A stretch of DNA of 64,000 bases, taken from Candidatus Woesebacteria bacterium (GTDB lineage Bacteria > Patescibacteriota > Microgenomatia > UBA8517). The notes below the pieces were generated by a model. It was given only the letters and a program-made list of their open reading frames with translations, was not told the DNA's origin and searched no databases. The stretch is taken from positions 725,310 through 789,309 of the forward strand of contig CP055308.1 in assembly GCA_013374855.1 (NCBI GenBank), given 5' to 3'. Position numbers and translations under genes: made by a program. Shown here one piece after another: positions 41,371 to 51,014 of the stretch; the stretch's first letter is position 1; each line of letters begins with the position of its first letter.

Positions 41371-42171
41371 CTAGGATCTAAAATCCATTAGCTCTCCCCT
41401 TTTCTGCAAAATACCAAATAACATTTTCCCAATTTTTCTAATTCTTAAAACTGCCTGAGATATTCTTTTATCTGAGACCATAGCTCCCATAAAATAATGT
41501 TTTCCCCCCAATTCAAATATGCCACAATTATTTACCCAATAAACATCTTCAATTTTAGCTGTTCCAGTCTTTGTGCCCAAAATGTTTATCTCTATCTGAT
41601 CAAAAAGATAATAAATATTTCGAGAAGTTCGAAGTTTATCCCTCAAAAATTTCCAATTCTTCCCACTTTTAGAATAAATAAACTGGAAAATAGTCAAGAA
41701 ATCAAAAAGTGAAAATTTACTAACCACTTCATCATTTTTTTCCAACAAAACGGCATTTTTCAACCCCCATATATTCTTTGCTCTGTCCTGTAGAAATTTT
41801 CTCTCTGGTAGGAATTCTTTGGATAAAATCAAAGTTGAACTGTTGCAACTGTATTTAATCATCAGCCCCATTAAGGTCAATGCATCAACAAAAACCCTAT
41901 TTTTTCCACCAACTATATCAACCAACACATCGGTACCGGTGCCCTCCAAATCATTTTTTTGAACCTTGACAACTCTGTTCTTTATCTTGCCTTCATCAAT
42001 CAATCTTAACAACTCTGCAGCCAAAAAAACTTTTACAAGACTTGCAGCGGGAAGAGCTGTCTTGGCGTTCTTTTCGTAAATCACGCAGCAAGCTCCATCT
42101 TTTAATAATTCAGCCAGAAGAAAAGATTCAGAAATTAAGCCAGACATTTTCATCCTTATAACTAACTTCAA
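41371..42171 (-). CDS. class A beta-lactamase-like serine hydrolase family protein
   Basis: SxxK (PAASLVKVF), an SxN-like motif (YSCNSS) and KTG (GTKTGTA), in class A order and spacing. Confidence 0.5.
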   Translation of the reverse strand: MKLVIRMKMSGLISESFLLAELLKDGACCVIYEKNAKTALPAASLVKVFLAAELLRLIDEGKIKNRVVKVQKNDLEGTGTDVLVDIVGGKNRVFVDALTLMGLMIKYSCNSSTLILSKEFLPERKFLQDRAKNIWGLKNAVLLEKNDEVVSKFSLFDFLTIFQFIYSKSGKNWKFLRDKLRTSRNIYYLFDQIEINILGTKTGTAKIEDVYWVNNCGIFELGGKHYFMGAMVSDKRISQAVLRIRKIGKMLFGILQKRGELMDFRS

Positions 42172-42172
42172 G

Positions 42173-43438
42173 TCAACTAACTATCTTCATGGGAACAGAA
42201 AAACCAGTACCAGCGTTTATTTTTCCTTTTGAGGATCCAAACTGAGATTCCAAACAACCAAACCCTTCTACACTAACTTTTATCTCTTCGTTATCGTTCC
42301 ACCAATAAACTCTATGCAAAATTCTGACCTCTTCCTCATTACCCCCAATTCTTATTTTGGTGCGGAGAGGTTCAAGATCTTCTTGGCCAAGCCAAAATAC
42401 CTCATTATCAGGAACATCCTCCAACACTTCTCTTACTCTTCTAAGATTATTAGCATCCCCTCCATTTTTTCCATCCAACAAATTTTCAAACCCCCCAAAA
42501 TCACGATTTATTAGACAAACAAGAGCTTCTTTTGCCCAGGTGCGCAATCTATTATAATTTACCACATACTCAAAACCACCAGCCTCCAGTTTTATCCAAG
42601 GAAAAAAAGAAACAGTCTCCTTATCAACATTGCCATCAAACCAATATTGATTTGGAAATAGATCTGGTAATTCTCTAGAAACTAACAACAACCAGCCTCT
42701 GTATCCATAAAAAGAAGAAGTAAGAGAATTCACTATAGGTATTTTATGTCTTCTTATTACAAACTCCAGATCTCTAGAAAAACCAGATCTCACAAACTGC
42801 TCATTACTGCAAAACCTTAAAATAACATCCGGAACGTAACCACTATTATGATAATTATCCAAAAAGGTAGCTAAATCCAAAAAGTAAGCTTCTTTACCAG
42901 TTCGCTCAATCATTGCCCTAACCCGTTCGTAACCTCTCCAAAAAGGATTTTTCCTACTACCCAAAAGAAGAACTTTATTGTAATCACTACCGTTAAGCCA
43001 CTCCAGCATATGCCCCAAAAGAGAAGGTTGATTAGTCAGCCCAAGTTCTTCTTGTCTAAAATCCTGCAACCCCATTGCCTGAGCTCTTGGATTCACTTCA
43101 AGAATTCTAAATCCTTGAGTGGGATCTTTATAAACATCCAAGCCCCCATACATCATCCTAGACCCACCATAAGAATCAATAAGTAAACAGTCTTTCATAT
43201 AAGAAGAATCAGCGCCAATTTTACAAGCTTGGTCTAAACTAATAGGATTAAGTTCTATAAATTCAGATACCCTTCTAGCAATTGAAGAAAGCTCTTGATA
43301 ATCCTCTCCAGAAATTTCTAGAGGTTCGTCTGAAATTAACGTCTCCTGGATATTATCCCCTTCTGGACCAAAATAACGGGGGCTATTAGCATCAGGTAAA
43401 AGTCCTTTTCTCTCTATGCCAACAGATATTAAACTCAT
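42173..43438 (-). CDS. hypothetical protein, possibly ATP-grasp-related
   Basis: ..GFRILEVNPRAQAMG.. resembles the ATP-grasp EVN(P/A)R motif. The rest is unrecognised. Confidence 0.3.
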   Translation of the reverse strand: MSLISVGIERKGLLPDANSPRYFGPEGDNIQETLISDEPLEISGEDYQELSSIARRVSEFIELNPISLDQACKIGADSSYMKDCLLIDSYGGSRMMYGGLDVYKDPTQGFRILEVNPRAQAMGLQDFRQEELGLTNQPSLLGHMLEWLNGSDYNKVLLLGSRKNPFWRGYERVRAMIERTGKEAYFLDLATFLDNYHNSGYVPDVILRFCSNEQFVRSGFSRDLEFVIRRHKIPIVNSLTSSFYGYRGWLLLVSRELPDLFPNQYWFDGNVDKETVSFFPWIKLEAGGFEYVVNYNRLRTWAKEALVCLINRDFGGFENLLDGKNGGDANNLRRVREVLEDVPDNEVFWLGQEDLEPLRTKIRIGGNEEEVRILHRVYWWNDNEEIKVSVEGFGCLESQFGSSKGKINAGTGFSVPMKIVS

Positions 43439-43647
43439 ACTTTAGGAATAACGTTAATTATACTATACAAAAATTAATTTTTAAAATTCATAAGGGTAAA
43501 TTCCAACTAAAAATTAGAGTTAAAAAAACAACAAATTCAAAAAACAGACTATAACAACAAGAGGAAACACAACATAAAAAATCTGCTTTTTTAAGCTATT
43601 CTCTGGGAACTAAGGTTTAGAATTTATTTCTCAATTACCAAAGTAAC

Positions 43648-44817
43648 CTATTCCGCCTCTCCCAATACAGCAGTTAGTTCTCTTTCTTCTTCATTTCTCC
43701 AAACCAAAATTTTAACTCTATCCCCTGGTTTTTTCGAAGAAACTATATCAGAAAGACTTTTGTCTGAATCAAGTTTTTGTCCATCTATCTGAACAATAAT
43801 ATCATCTGCCAAAATACCAGCTTCCTCTGCCGGAGAACCCTCCACAACCTCTATAACATAAGCTCCTTGTGGAACTTGATTCGCTAAAGCAGTTTTTTTA
43901 TCAATAATCTGATATCTTACCCCTAAGAACGGCTTTGCAGGAAATTTTCCTGTCTCATTAAACTTGGAAAGACTATCTTTGAAAACATTCACAGGTATGG
44001 CAAAACCAATATTTTGTGCTCCTTGTGCAACTGCCACATTTATACCTATCACCTGTCCGGTCGAATTCAAAAGCGGACCCCCAGAGTTCCCGGGATTAAT
44101 AGCCGCATCGGTCTGAATAACGTTATCAAGTCTTTCAACATAGCCTTCATAGATACTTCCTGCTACAATTCCCCTACCAAGACCAGATACAACACCTGTT
44201 GTCACAGTATGCCTAAATTCACCAAGTGCTGTTCCAATTGCAATCACAAATTGACCAACTTTTAAATCTGAAGAGTTGCCTAATTCTACAGGTTTTAGCT
44301 TAAATTCAGGATGATCTTTTGGATCAATCTTTAGAATAGCAATATCATTCGACGGATCTCGGCTTATCTCTTTTACCTCATATTCTTTATCATCTTTAGT
44401 AATAACCTTATATTTTGCCCTTGTATTTGAAACAACATGTTTATTTGTCACCACCAAACCATTCTCAGAAACTATGAAACCACTTCCTATATCCTGTTCT
44501 ACTCCATCCTCAACTCCCCTTCTAAAGCCAAAAAAGGGAGAAAATTGAATAACTTCCCTTTGTGGGGTTTTTATAGAAACAGTTACTACCGAAGGAGAAA
44601 CTTTTTCAGCAACTTCAATAACAACTGACTCTTCATTTACAACCTTTTGATCAACTGATACACCAACCCTCAAACCCTTTTCTTCTCTTGATAAAAACCT
44701 GTCAATAAATCCAAAATTAAAAAGTCTGTCTGCTAAAGCACCTGTCAGAAAAATGGAAAGAATAGCAATTCCCAAAAAAATACCAATAGTAAAGCTTCTC
44801 AAATCAATCCTTTTCAT
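43648..44817 (-). CDS. htrA: HtrA/DegP-family serine protease with PDZ domain
   Basis: Catalytic GNSGGPLLN motif. The His (..TNKHVV..) and Asp (DIAILK) are positioned correctly. A C-terminal PDZ domain is present. Confidence 0.85.
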   Translation of the reverse strand: MKRIDLRSFTIGIFLGIAILSIFLTGALADRLFNFGFIDRFLSREEKGLRVGVSVDQKVVNEESVVIEVAEKVSPSVVTVSIKTPQREVIQFSPFFGFRRGVEDGVEQDIGSGFIVSENGLVVTNKHVVSNTRAKYKVITKDDKEYEVKEISRDPSNDIAILKIDPKDHPEFKLKPVELGNSSDLKVGQFVIAIGTALGEFRHTVTTGVVSGLGRGIVAGSIYEGYVERLDNVIQTDAAINPGNSGGPLLNSTGQVIGINVAVAQGAQNIGFAIPVNVFKDSLSKFNETGKFPAKPFLGVRYQIIDKKTALANQVPQGAYVIEVVEGSPAEEAGILADDIIVQIDGQKLDSDKSLSDIVSSKKPGDRVKILVWRNEEERELTAVLGEAE

Positions 44818-44844
44818 AATAAATAAAATAATAGAAGAAAAAAA

Positions 44845-46086
44845 CTAGCTTTTCAAGACTTCAATTGCCTTTAACAATTGCTCATCTTCTTTTGTTTCAA
44901 CATCCTCTTCTACCTTGACATCTGGTTCTAATCCTTTCTCGTTAACCCAATATCCACTAGGAGTAAGCCAGCGAGCAATAGTTACGTGAAGACCAGCTCC
45001 GCCATTTATCTGCTTTGGCTCCTGAACCGTCCCCTTGCCAAAAGTATTTTTGCCCACAATCTTTATTTTTGCCTGATCCCTCAGAGCACCTGCCAAGATC
45101 TCACTAGCTGACGCCGAACCCTCATTTACTAAAACAACAAGCTTATAACCAGACAAACGAGGACTACGGCTAGTTTTAAGTTCCTGTTTAACTCCATTAA
45201 CTTCTTCATAAACAGCTACCGTACCTGTTTTAAGAAAATCACCAGCTATATCAACCGCTTCCTGTAAATAACCACCGGGGTTATTCCTCAAATCAAGAAC
45301 GATATAATTGGCCTTGCTTGATAAAATTTCAGAAACTGCTTTATTCCACTCCTTATTAGTCTCCCCACCAAATTTAAGAAGCTTCAAATGAGCTATCTCT
45401 TTATTATCCCCCTCAAACGAAAGAACAACAGAAGGAACCACAATATCTGCTCTTGTTATCTTTACTTCCCTCGGCTCATTTTCGTTATCTCGAAGCAAAG
45501 TGAGAGTAACTTCAGTACCCGCTTTTCCTCTTATTAACTGCACAGCCTCTGGCAAAGACAGACCAGATGTTGAAACATTTACACCCTTTTTCTCGTCCTT
45601 GATGGCTAAGATAAAATCACCAGCTTTAATACCAGCTTTTTCAGCTGGAGTATCAGGAAGAGGAGCTATTACCGCCAATTGCTTTCCCTTGAAACCGATC
45701 TGAATCCCCACCCCACCAAAACTTCCTTCCAAATCTTCCTGAACTACTTTATTTTCTTCAGGTGGCAGATATACAGTGTAAGGGTCACCAATTGCAGCAA
45801 CCATACCTTGAATTGCACCCTGAACCATCTTAACAGGATCAAGTTTCGATTTGTCGTAGTAAGAAGAGCCAACCATATCCCAGACTTTCCAGAAAAGAGA
45901 AAAATCTATATTCTGCTTATCAGGAGGATTCGTCCTTTCAATTTTAAAATTAAAAAAGCTGGTTTGGCTTACCTTATAACCCTTAACACCTACCAAATAA
46001 CCCAATGAAAAAATTAAAGAGAAAGTAAAAACTTTAACCAAAAAACGTCTCAAGAAAACAATGTCTACCTTAAAAGTATAATGCAT
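44845..46086 (-). CDS. ctpA: carboxy-terminal processing peptidase (S41)
   Basis: PDZ domain (GIKAGDFILAI) plus the S41 motifs (GSASASEILAGAL, ..GKNTFGKG..). Confidence 0.85.
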   Translation of the reverse strand: MHYTFKVDIVFLRRFLVKVFTFSLIFSLGYLVGVKGYKVSQTSFFNFKIERTNPPDKQNIDFSLFWKVWDMVGSSYYDKSKLDPVKMVQGAIQGMVAAIGDPYTVYLPPEENKVVQEDLEGSFGGVGIQIGFKGKQLAVIAPLPDTPAEKAGIKAGDFILAIKDEKKGVNVSTSGLSLPEAVQLIRGKAGTEVTLTLLRDNENEPREVKITRADIVVPSVVLSFEGDNKEIAHLKLLKFGGETNKEWNKAVSEILSSKANYIVLDLRNNPGGYLQEAVDIAGDFLKTGTVAVYEEVNGVKQELKTSRSPRLSGYKLVVLVNEGSASASEILAGALRDQAKIKIVGKNTFGKGTVQEPKQINGGAGLHVTIARWLTPSGYWVNEKGLEPDVKVEEDVETKEDEQLLKAIEVLKS

Positions 46087-46093
46087 AAAAAAA

Positions 46094-46327
46094 CTATTCG
46101 ATTCTCTCTATAAAAGGAAGAAGACCCAAATAGCGGGCTCTCTTAATTTCCCTTCCCAATCTTCTCTGATGCTTAGCACAAACCCCGGTTCTAGAAGAAG
46201 GCATTATTCTTGCCCTGTCAGATAAAAACCTGGAGAGTTGTTCATAATCCTTATAATCAGGATCTTTGCCTTTTTTACAAAAAGGACAATAAGAAAACTC
46301 CGGTTTGACACTAACTGGTCTTGTCAT
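46094..46327 (-). CDS. rpsR: 30S ribosomal protein S18
   Basis: ..YKDYEQLSRFLSDRARIMPSSRTGVCAKHQRRL.. is the S18 signature. Confidence 0.9.
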   Translation of the reverse strand: MTRPVSVKPEFSYCPFCKKGKDPDYKDYEQLSRFLSDRARIMPSSRTGVCAKHQRRLGREIKRARYLGLLPFIERIE

Positions 46328-46333
46328 AAAAAA

Positions 46334-46855
46334 TTAAAAAGGTATATCTTCTTCTTTGAGAGAATCATCTTGATTATCCTTTGGCGATTGTTCCTCTGCT
46401 TCAGAAGTTTCAACATCTTGTATGACATCTTCTTTTTGCGCCTCTACCACCTCTTCAGGCGGAGCAACTTGATCTTCAGAATGAGCAGGAACATCAAACT
46501 CCTCTAAAGATTCGCCTTCTCTCTTTGAATCCAATAAAATCATATCTGTAACCACAACTTCTGTGGTTGATCTCTGAGACCCATCCTGTCCTGTCCAGTT
46601 TCTAGTCTGAAGTCTTCCTTCTATATAAACTTTTCTTCCCTTCTTAAGAAGCTGAGCACAAATTTCTGCTAATTTATTCCAGGCAACAAGGCGATGAAAC
46701 TCTACATCTTCTTTCTTCTCTCCAGAATCGGTAGCCCATTGCCGATTAGTAGCAATACTAAAAGAGCAAACCGCTGTTCCCTGAGGGGTGTAGCGCAGTT
46801 CCGGATCGCGTGTTAAATTTCCTATTAATAAAACTTTATTTAAACTTCTTGTCAT
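46334..46855 (-). CDS. ssb: single-stranded DNA-binding protein
   Basis: OB-fold NKVLLIGNLTRDPELRYTPQG...FHRLVAWNKLAE, an acidic tail, and a terminal DIPF. Confidence 0.9.
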   Translation of the reverse strand: MTRSLNKVLLIGNLTRDPELRYTPQGTAVCSFSIATNRQWATDSGEKKEDVEFHRLVAWNKLAEICAQLLKKGRKVYIEGRLQTRNWTGQDGSQRSTTEVVVTDMILLDSKREGESLEEFDVPAHSEDQVAPPEEVVEAQKEDVIQDVETSEAEEQSPKDNQDDSLKEEDIPF

Positions 46856-46886
46856 AGAACCATTCTATAACCAAAAAACAAAATCT

Positions 46887-47168
46887 TCAATTAGATTTTA
46901 CCAAAAGATAACGCAAAACATCTTCTTCTAACTTTAATTTATCTCTTAAAGACTTTACTTTATCAGCAGGCAGTTCCAATTCCCAAAAAAGATAAAGAGC
47001 ATTCTTATTTTTTTTGATAGAATAAGCCAAATCCAAAACTCCCCATTCTTTTGACTTGACAACTTTTCCAGAAAAAGAGGAAATTATCTTTTCAATACCT
47101 TCCGAAAATTTCTTTTTTTTAGCAGGACTTGACTTTCCATCAAGCAAAACTGTCAATTCGTATTTCAT
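46887..47168 (-). CDS. rpsF: 30S ribosomal protein S6
   Basis: MKYELTVLL... The rpsF-ssb-rpsR operon order is conserved. The internal Met is the likely start. Confidence 0.85.
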   Translation of the reverse strand: MKYELTVLLDGKSSPAKKKKFSEGIEKIISSFSGKVVKSKEWGVLDLAYSIKKNKNALYLFWELELPADKVKSLRDKLKLEEDVLRYLLVKSN

Positions 47169-47213
47169 AACAGGCAAATTATAACAGGCAAAAAAGAGAC
47201 AGACAAGAGGAAA

Positions 47214-48317
47214 CTATCTACCTACCAAAAACTCAATCACATCCCCATCCGAAACTATATAATCTTTCCCTTCACTTCTTACCTTGCCTGCATCACGCGC
47301 TGCTTTCCAACCTCCAAAACTGACAAATGTTTTAAAATCAACTACATCTGCCTTTATAAACTTCTGACAAAAATCAGAATGAATTACAGAAGCCGCCTCC
47401 TGTGCATTGGTACCACTTTTGATAGTCCAAGCACGCACCTCTTTAACCCCTGCCGTTAAAAAGCTAATAAGGCCCAAGGTTGAAAAAGCTTTTCTAATAA
47501 GCCTCTCCAACCCAAGTTGTGAAATTCCAAGTGAAGCTAAATATTCTTTCTGTTCTTGCTCCGAAAGCCCTGCTAACTCACTTTCAACTTTTGCTGAAAC
47601 ACAAATAACTTGATCCTCTTTTAAGTTTAGCCTTTCTGAAAAATAAGAAGACACCTCATCTGCCCTTTTAAGATCCTCTTCATCCACGTTCAAAACAATA
47701 ATTACAGGCTTGGCAGTCAAAAGCCCCAACATTTTTGATAATCTTACCTCATCATCCTTTAAATCAAGACTTCTAACAGGTATTCCTTTAGCAAGAGCTT
47801 CTTTAAACCTACAAATAATTTCCCAGTTGCGTTTTGCTTCTTTATCAGGAGTATTACCCGGATCTTTTTGCTTTTCCAAAGTTTGAAGATCAGAAAGTGC
47901 TAGCTCTGTCTCAACAACCAGAAAATCATCCTGAGGCGAAACAGAACCTTCCTTAACTACAGAAGGATCAGAAAAGACACGAATCACATGGCAAATAGCT
48001 GAAGTTTCCCTAATATGGGCTAAAAATTTATTACCCAACCCTTCCCCTTTTGAAGCACCAGCAATAAGCCCGGCAATATCTACAAACTCAACAGTCGAAG
48101 GAGCAATAGGTGGCAAGTAAGATAAATTTTCTTCTTTTTGAACCACTTCAGCGAGTTTGATCAGTCGGTAATCAGGCACCGGCACTACTCCAATATTTGG
48201 TTCAATAGTAGCAAAAGGAAAATTGGCAACATAAGCCTGCTGCTTTTTAAGAAGAGCGTTAAAAAGAGTGCTTTTACCTACATTCGGCAGTCCAACTATT
48301 CCGACCGATAGGTTCAT
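47214..48317 (-). CDS. ychF: ribosome-binding ATPase YchF
   Basis: MNLSVGIVGLPNVGKSTLFNAL P-loop, and a C-terminal TGS domain. Confidence 0.9.
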   Translation of the reverse strand: MNLSVGIVGLPNVGKSTLFNALLKKQQAYVANFPFATIEPNIGVVPVPDYRLIKLAEVVQKEENLSYLPPIAPSTVEFVDIAGLIAGASKGEGLGNKFLAHIRETSAICHVIRVFSDPSVVKEGSVSPQDDFLVVETELALSDLQTLEKQKDPGNTPDKEAKRNWEIICRFKEALAKGIPVRSLDLKDDEVRLSKMLGLLTAKPVIIVLNVDEEDLKRADEVSSYFSERLNLKEDQVICVSAKVESELAGLSEQEQKEYLASLGISQLGLERLIRKAFSTLGLISFLTAGVKEVRAWTIKSGTNAQEAASVIHSDFCQKFIKADVVDFKTFVSFGGWKAARDAGKVRSEGKDYIVSDGDVIEFLVGR

Positions 48318-49950
48318 GTCCCAACTTTTCGGTGGAAGTCAGAGCCAGTTGTGGTAGTGGTATGTGACATAAGACTTCTACCTCACTCCTTTCTTTTATA
48401 ATTACTTTCTCTATTATATCTCGAATGAAGTTCTTTTTGTCATACAACTTAAGGCTTTTGAGAGTCTTTCTTGCTTCAGCACATAATTCATCAGCCTCAA
48501 TGTTGACTACTTCGGGTGAGACTCTGGCTTTTAGCTCCTCTAATTGCCTTTGATATCCCTCTTTCTTTCGTCTGGCTGCCCTTACTAACTCCATATACTG
48601 GTCAAACTCCATCACACCTGAACCATAGGCTTTGGCGTAGCGATTGATTTCTTCTGTCAGTTTGTCGATTTGCTCCTGAATCTTTAATCTCTCTTGGGTA
48701 TCTGCTGATCGGTTTGCCTGTTCTCGAATCCATTCCTCAGCGTGCTTTTTAAGGAGCTCTGAATTAGTTAAATGGTTTGTCAATTCTTTCCAGACCAATG
48801 CGTCTAAAACTCTGGCATTTACCCCTCCAATGTGGCAACGGCGTTGTTCTTTGGGAAAATGGTGTAATCTTTCTTCACAGCGGTAGTAGTAGTGTCCGTT
48901 TCTGTTACAACCATCTCCTGCCCTACGGTTACCACATCCACACCACAATACCTCTGAGAGAAGATAATCAAACTTTCTGTGCTTCTTAGCATATCTTCGG
49001 TTGTATTCCATAATCTCTTGGGCTTTATCGTATAAAAATCTGTCCTCCATAATTATCGGCACCTTGAAGGGATACCACTCCTCTTTGGGTCGAAGGCGAC
49101 GGCTATTTTTCTTTACTTTACGATATTTATCATTTTTAATCCTAGTTTTAGACTCTACAGCCTCATGCTTATTGTAATAAGCGATTCCTGTCCAGTAGGT
49201 TTCGCAACGAAGCATTCTTGTTATCGAACCTTTCGTCCAAAAATCACTTCTTCTTTTCCTAGGCTTAATACCCAAATCGTATAAACGCCTAATAATACCG
49301 TTTATGGATACTCTTTCGATCACAAACCAGTCAAAAACTAATTTTATTGTCCGTATTTCTTCTTCGTTTCTCTCCCAGTGAGCAGGCGTGGTATCGGTTC
49401 TCTTAACATAGTTGTAGCCATACAAGGCACTCCCGCTTATGACAACGCCGTTTTTAGCTTTGTAGAGTTTACCTCTCCTGAAGCGCTCGGCTATCTTTAC
49501 CCTCTCATAATCATGGAAACAGCCCAACACATTTCTCATAAGACCTTGTTCTTCATTTATTGGATTAATATCGTGGAGGGAAATAACTTTGATCCCCGCT
49601 TCTTCAAATTCTCTAAGGAGAACAAGCTGATATGTAAAATCCCTCGATAGACGACCAATATCATAAACATACAGGACTTGAATTTCCTGTCTTTTAATTG
49701 AGTCACGAAGTGCGTCTAAACCTGGTCGAGCCAACATCGTGCCTGTCCAGCCATCATCCAAGAACATGTGCTTATCTGAGAGAATGTTGCCGTCAGCCTT
49801 AATTCGATTTTTAATCTCATCGACTTGTGACTCTATCGTTTGCTCGTTCTCTTGCCTTCCAGTTGAAACTCTGGCATAAAGCCCCGTAACTAGCGGTTGC
49901 TTGGTTTGACCGTTTCCTGTATGCTGTGTGTTAGGCAGTAAATCTTCCAT
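48274..49950 (-). CDS. large serine recombinase (resolvase/invertase N-domain plus recombinase domain plus zinc ribbon/coiled coil)
   Basis: LYARVSTGRQ...IESQ (catalytic Ser region), ..YVYDIGRLSRD.., then a C-terminal Cys cluster (CGCGNRRAGDGCNRNGHYYYRC) and coiled coil. Confidence 0.85.
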   Translation of the reverse strand: MEDLLPNTQHTGNGQTKQPLVTGLYARVSTGRQENEQTIESQVDEIKNRIKADGNILSDKHMFLDDGWTGTMLARPGLDALRDSIKRQEIQVLYVYDIGRLSRDFTYQLVLLREFEEAGIKVISLHDINPINEEQGLMRNVLGCFHDYERVKIAERFRRGKLYKAKNGVVISGSALYGYNYVKRTDTTPAHWERNEEEIRTIKLVFDWFVIERVSINGIIRRLYDLGIKPRKRRSDFWTKGSITRMLRCETYWTGIAYYNKHEAVESKTRIKNDKYRKVKKNSRRLRPKEEWYPFKVPIIMEDRFLYDKAQEIMEYNRRYAKKHRKFDYLLSEVLWCGCGNRRAGDGCNRNGHYYYRCEERLHHFPKEQRRCHIGGVNARVLDALVWKELTNHLTNSELLKKHAEEWIREQANRSADTQERLKIQEQIDKLTEEINRYAKAYGSGVMEFDQYMELVRAARRKKEGYQRQLEELKARVSPEVVNIEADELCAEARKTLKSLKLYDKKNFIRDIIEKVIIKERSEVEVLCHIPLPQLALTSTEKLGHEPIGRNSWTAECR

Positions 49951-50009
49951 AGGTTTATTTGCTTATCAGAGGTCTTCACGCTGTTAACAGGAGACCTCTG
50001 ATTTTTTGA

Positions 50010-50216
50010 TTAAGTTTTCGTCATAGACTTCTCAAATAACTGAGCCAGCTTGATATTGCTTATTCTCCAGGCTTTACCCAGCTTTGCCGCTGGTAATTGC
50101 CCACGCCTTGCCATTCGATAAATGGTTATCTTAGCAAGTTTTAGCTTTTCAGCTGCCTCATTTATAGTTAAGTATTCTTGGTTTTCCATAAGGCTAAATG
50201 ATATTGTTTGATACAC
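50010..50216 (-). CDS. excisionase/MerR-like helix-turn-helix DNA-binding protein (candidate recombination directionality factor)
   Basis: LTINEAAEKLKLAKITIYRMARRGQLPAAKLGKAWRI is an HTH_17-type motif, immediately upstream of the recombinase. Confidence 0.55.
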   Translation of the reverse strand: MYQTISFSLMENQEYLTINEAAEKLKLAKITIYRMARRGQLPAAKLGKAWRISNIKLAQLFEKSMTKT

Positions 50217-50224
50217 TCAACACA

Positions 50225-50443
50225 CTACCCAGAGGGTCTATGTAAGTCAAGTGTGATCGCTAATGATCTTTTATCTACCTTTTGTCTTTCTATAATGTTT
50301 TGTCTTGCCATCATAAAAACACGGTCATAGACTAGCTTCAGGCGCTCGGTGCTTTCTGGCTTATCGGTATAAATAAACTTGATGTTAGGTGACATTATCT
50401 TTCTCATGTTTGTAATACTTTCCTGCACCAATTTGCTCATCAT
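50225..50443 (-). CDS. hypothetical small protein
   Basis: ORF only. Overlaps its neighbour by 59 nt, so the start is uncertain. Confidence 0.2.
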   Translation of the reverse strand: MMSKLVQESITNMRKIMSPNIKFIYTDKPESTERLKLVYDRVFMMARQNIIERQKVDKRSLAITLDLHRPSG

Positions 50444-51014
50444 TCCAATCCTTGATCACTTCGCTAACCCTTCTACTTAACTCGATCTCTTCTGGTGTTA
50501 AGGGTTTTTGCTGGGTCTCATCAATGTAATCTTTTGAAACTTCATATTTCCCCACAGACTCTCCCCACTCGATTCTTGTCATCTCCCAAAGTTGCCGAAC
50601 TTCCTGAACAGTTGCTGGCTCACCTGCCTGCATTTGTTTCTTCAAGGCTTGAAGTTTGTTCCAAAAAGCCTCGGTAATTAGATACGCTCGCTTCTGTCGT
50701 ATCTGGGTTGTCTTATGTTTCAGTCCTTCTAAATCTTCAGCCAGCTTCGCATCTGCCCGCTCCACCCAACGGTATTTAACCGACCAACGCTCAATCGTTC
50801 TTTCTGAGGGTAAATCGCCGAGTTTAGAGCCAAAAATCACCGACAACTCTCCTGCTGAACTCCGACTTATTTGCTCCCATGCTTGAATTAGTTTGGAAAC
50901 ACTCCCAACTTCGCAATACAGCAAGAAAGCTGTATATTGCTTTTCGGTCTCCCCAGGCATTTTTGATGTTGTTGGTTTTTCAGGTTTTGTTGTTTGCATA
51001 TAATTCTTCTCCAT
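50385..51014 (-). CDS. hypothetical protein (possible HTH near N-terminus)
   Basis: ..QYTAFLLYCEVGSVSKLIQAW..ERTIERWSVKYRW.. is HTH-like. No family assigned. Confidence 0.3.
   Translation of the reverse strand: MEKNYMQTTKPEKPTTSKMPGETEKQYTAFLLYCEVGSVSKLIQAWEQISRSSAGELSVIFGSKLGDLPSERTIERWSVKYRWVERADAKLAEDLEGLKHKTTQIRQKRAYLITEAFWNKLQALKKQMQAGEPATVQEVRQLWEMTRIEWGESVGKYEVSKDYIDETQQKPLTPEEIELSRRVSEVIKDWNDEQIGAGKYYKHEKDNVT

Noticed and set aside
50225-51014. Assigning functions (Arc/RHH repressor, terminase small subunit, replication initiator) to the small island genes downstream of the recombinase
   Set aside because: Only vague HTH-like patterns and no diagnostic motifs. They are left as hypothetical proteins.
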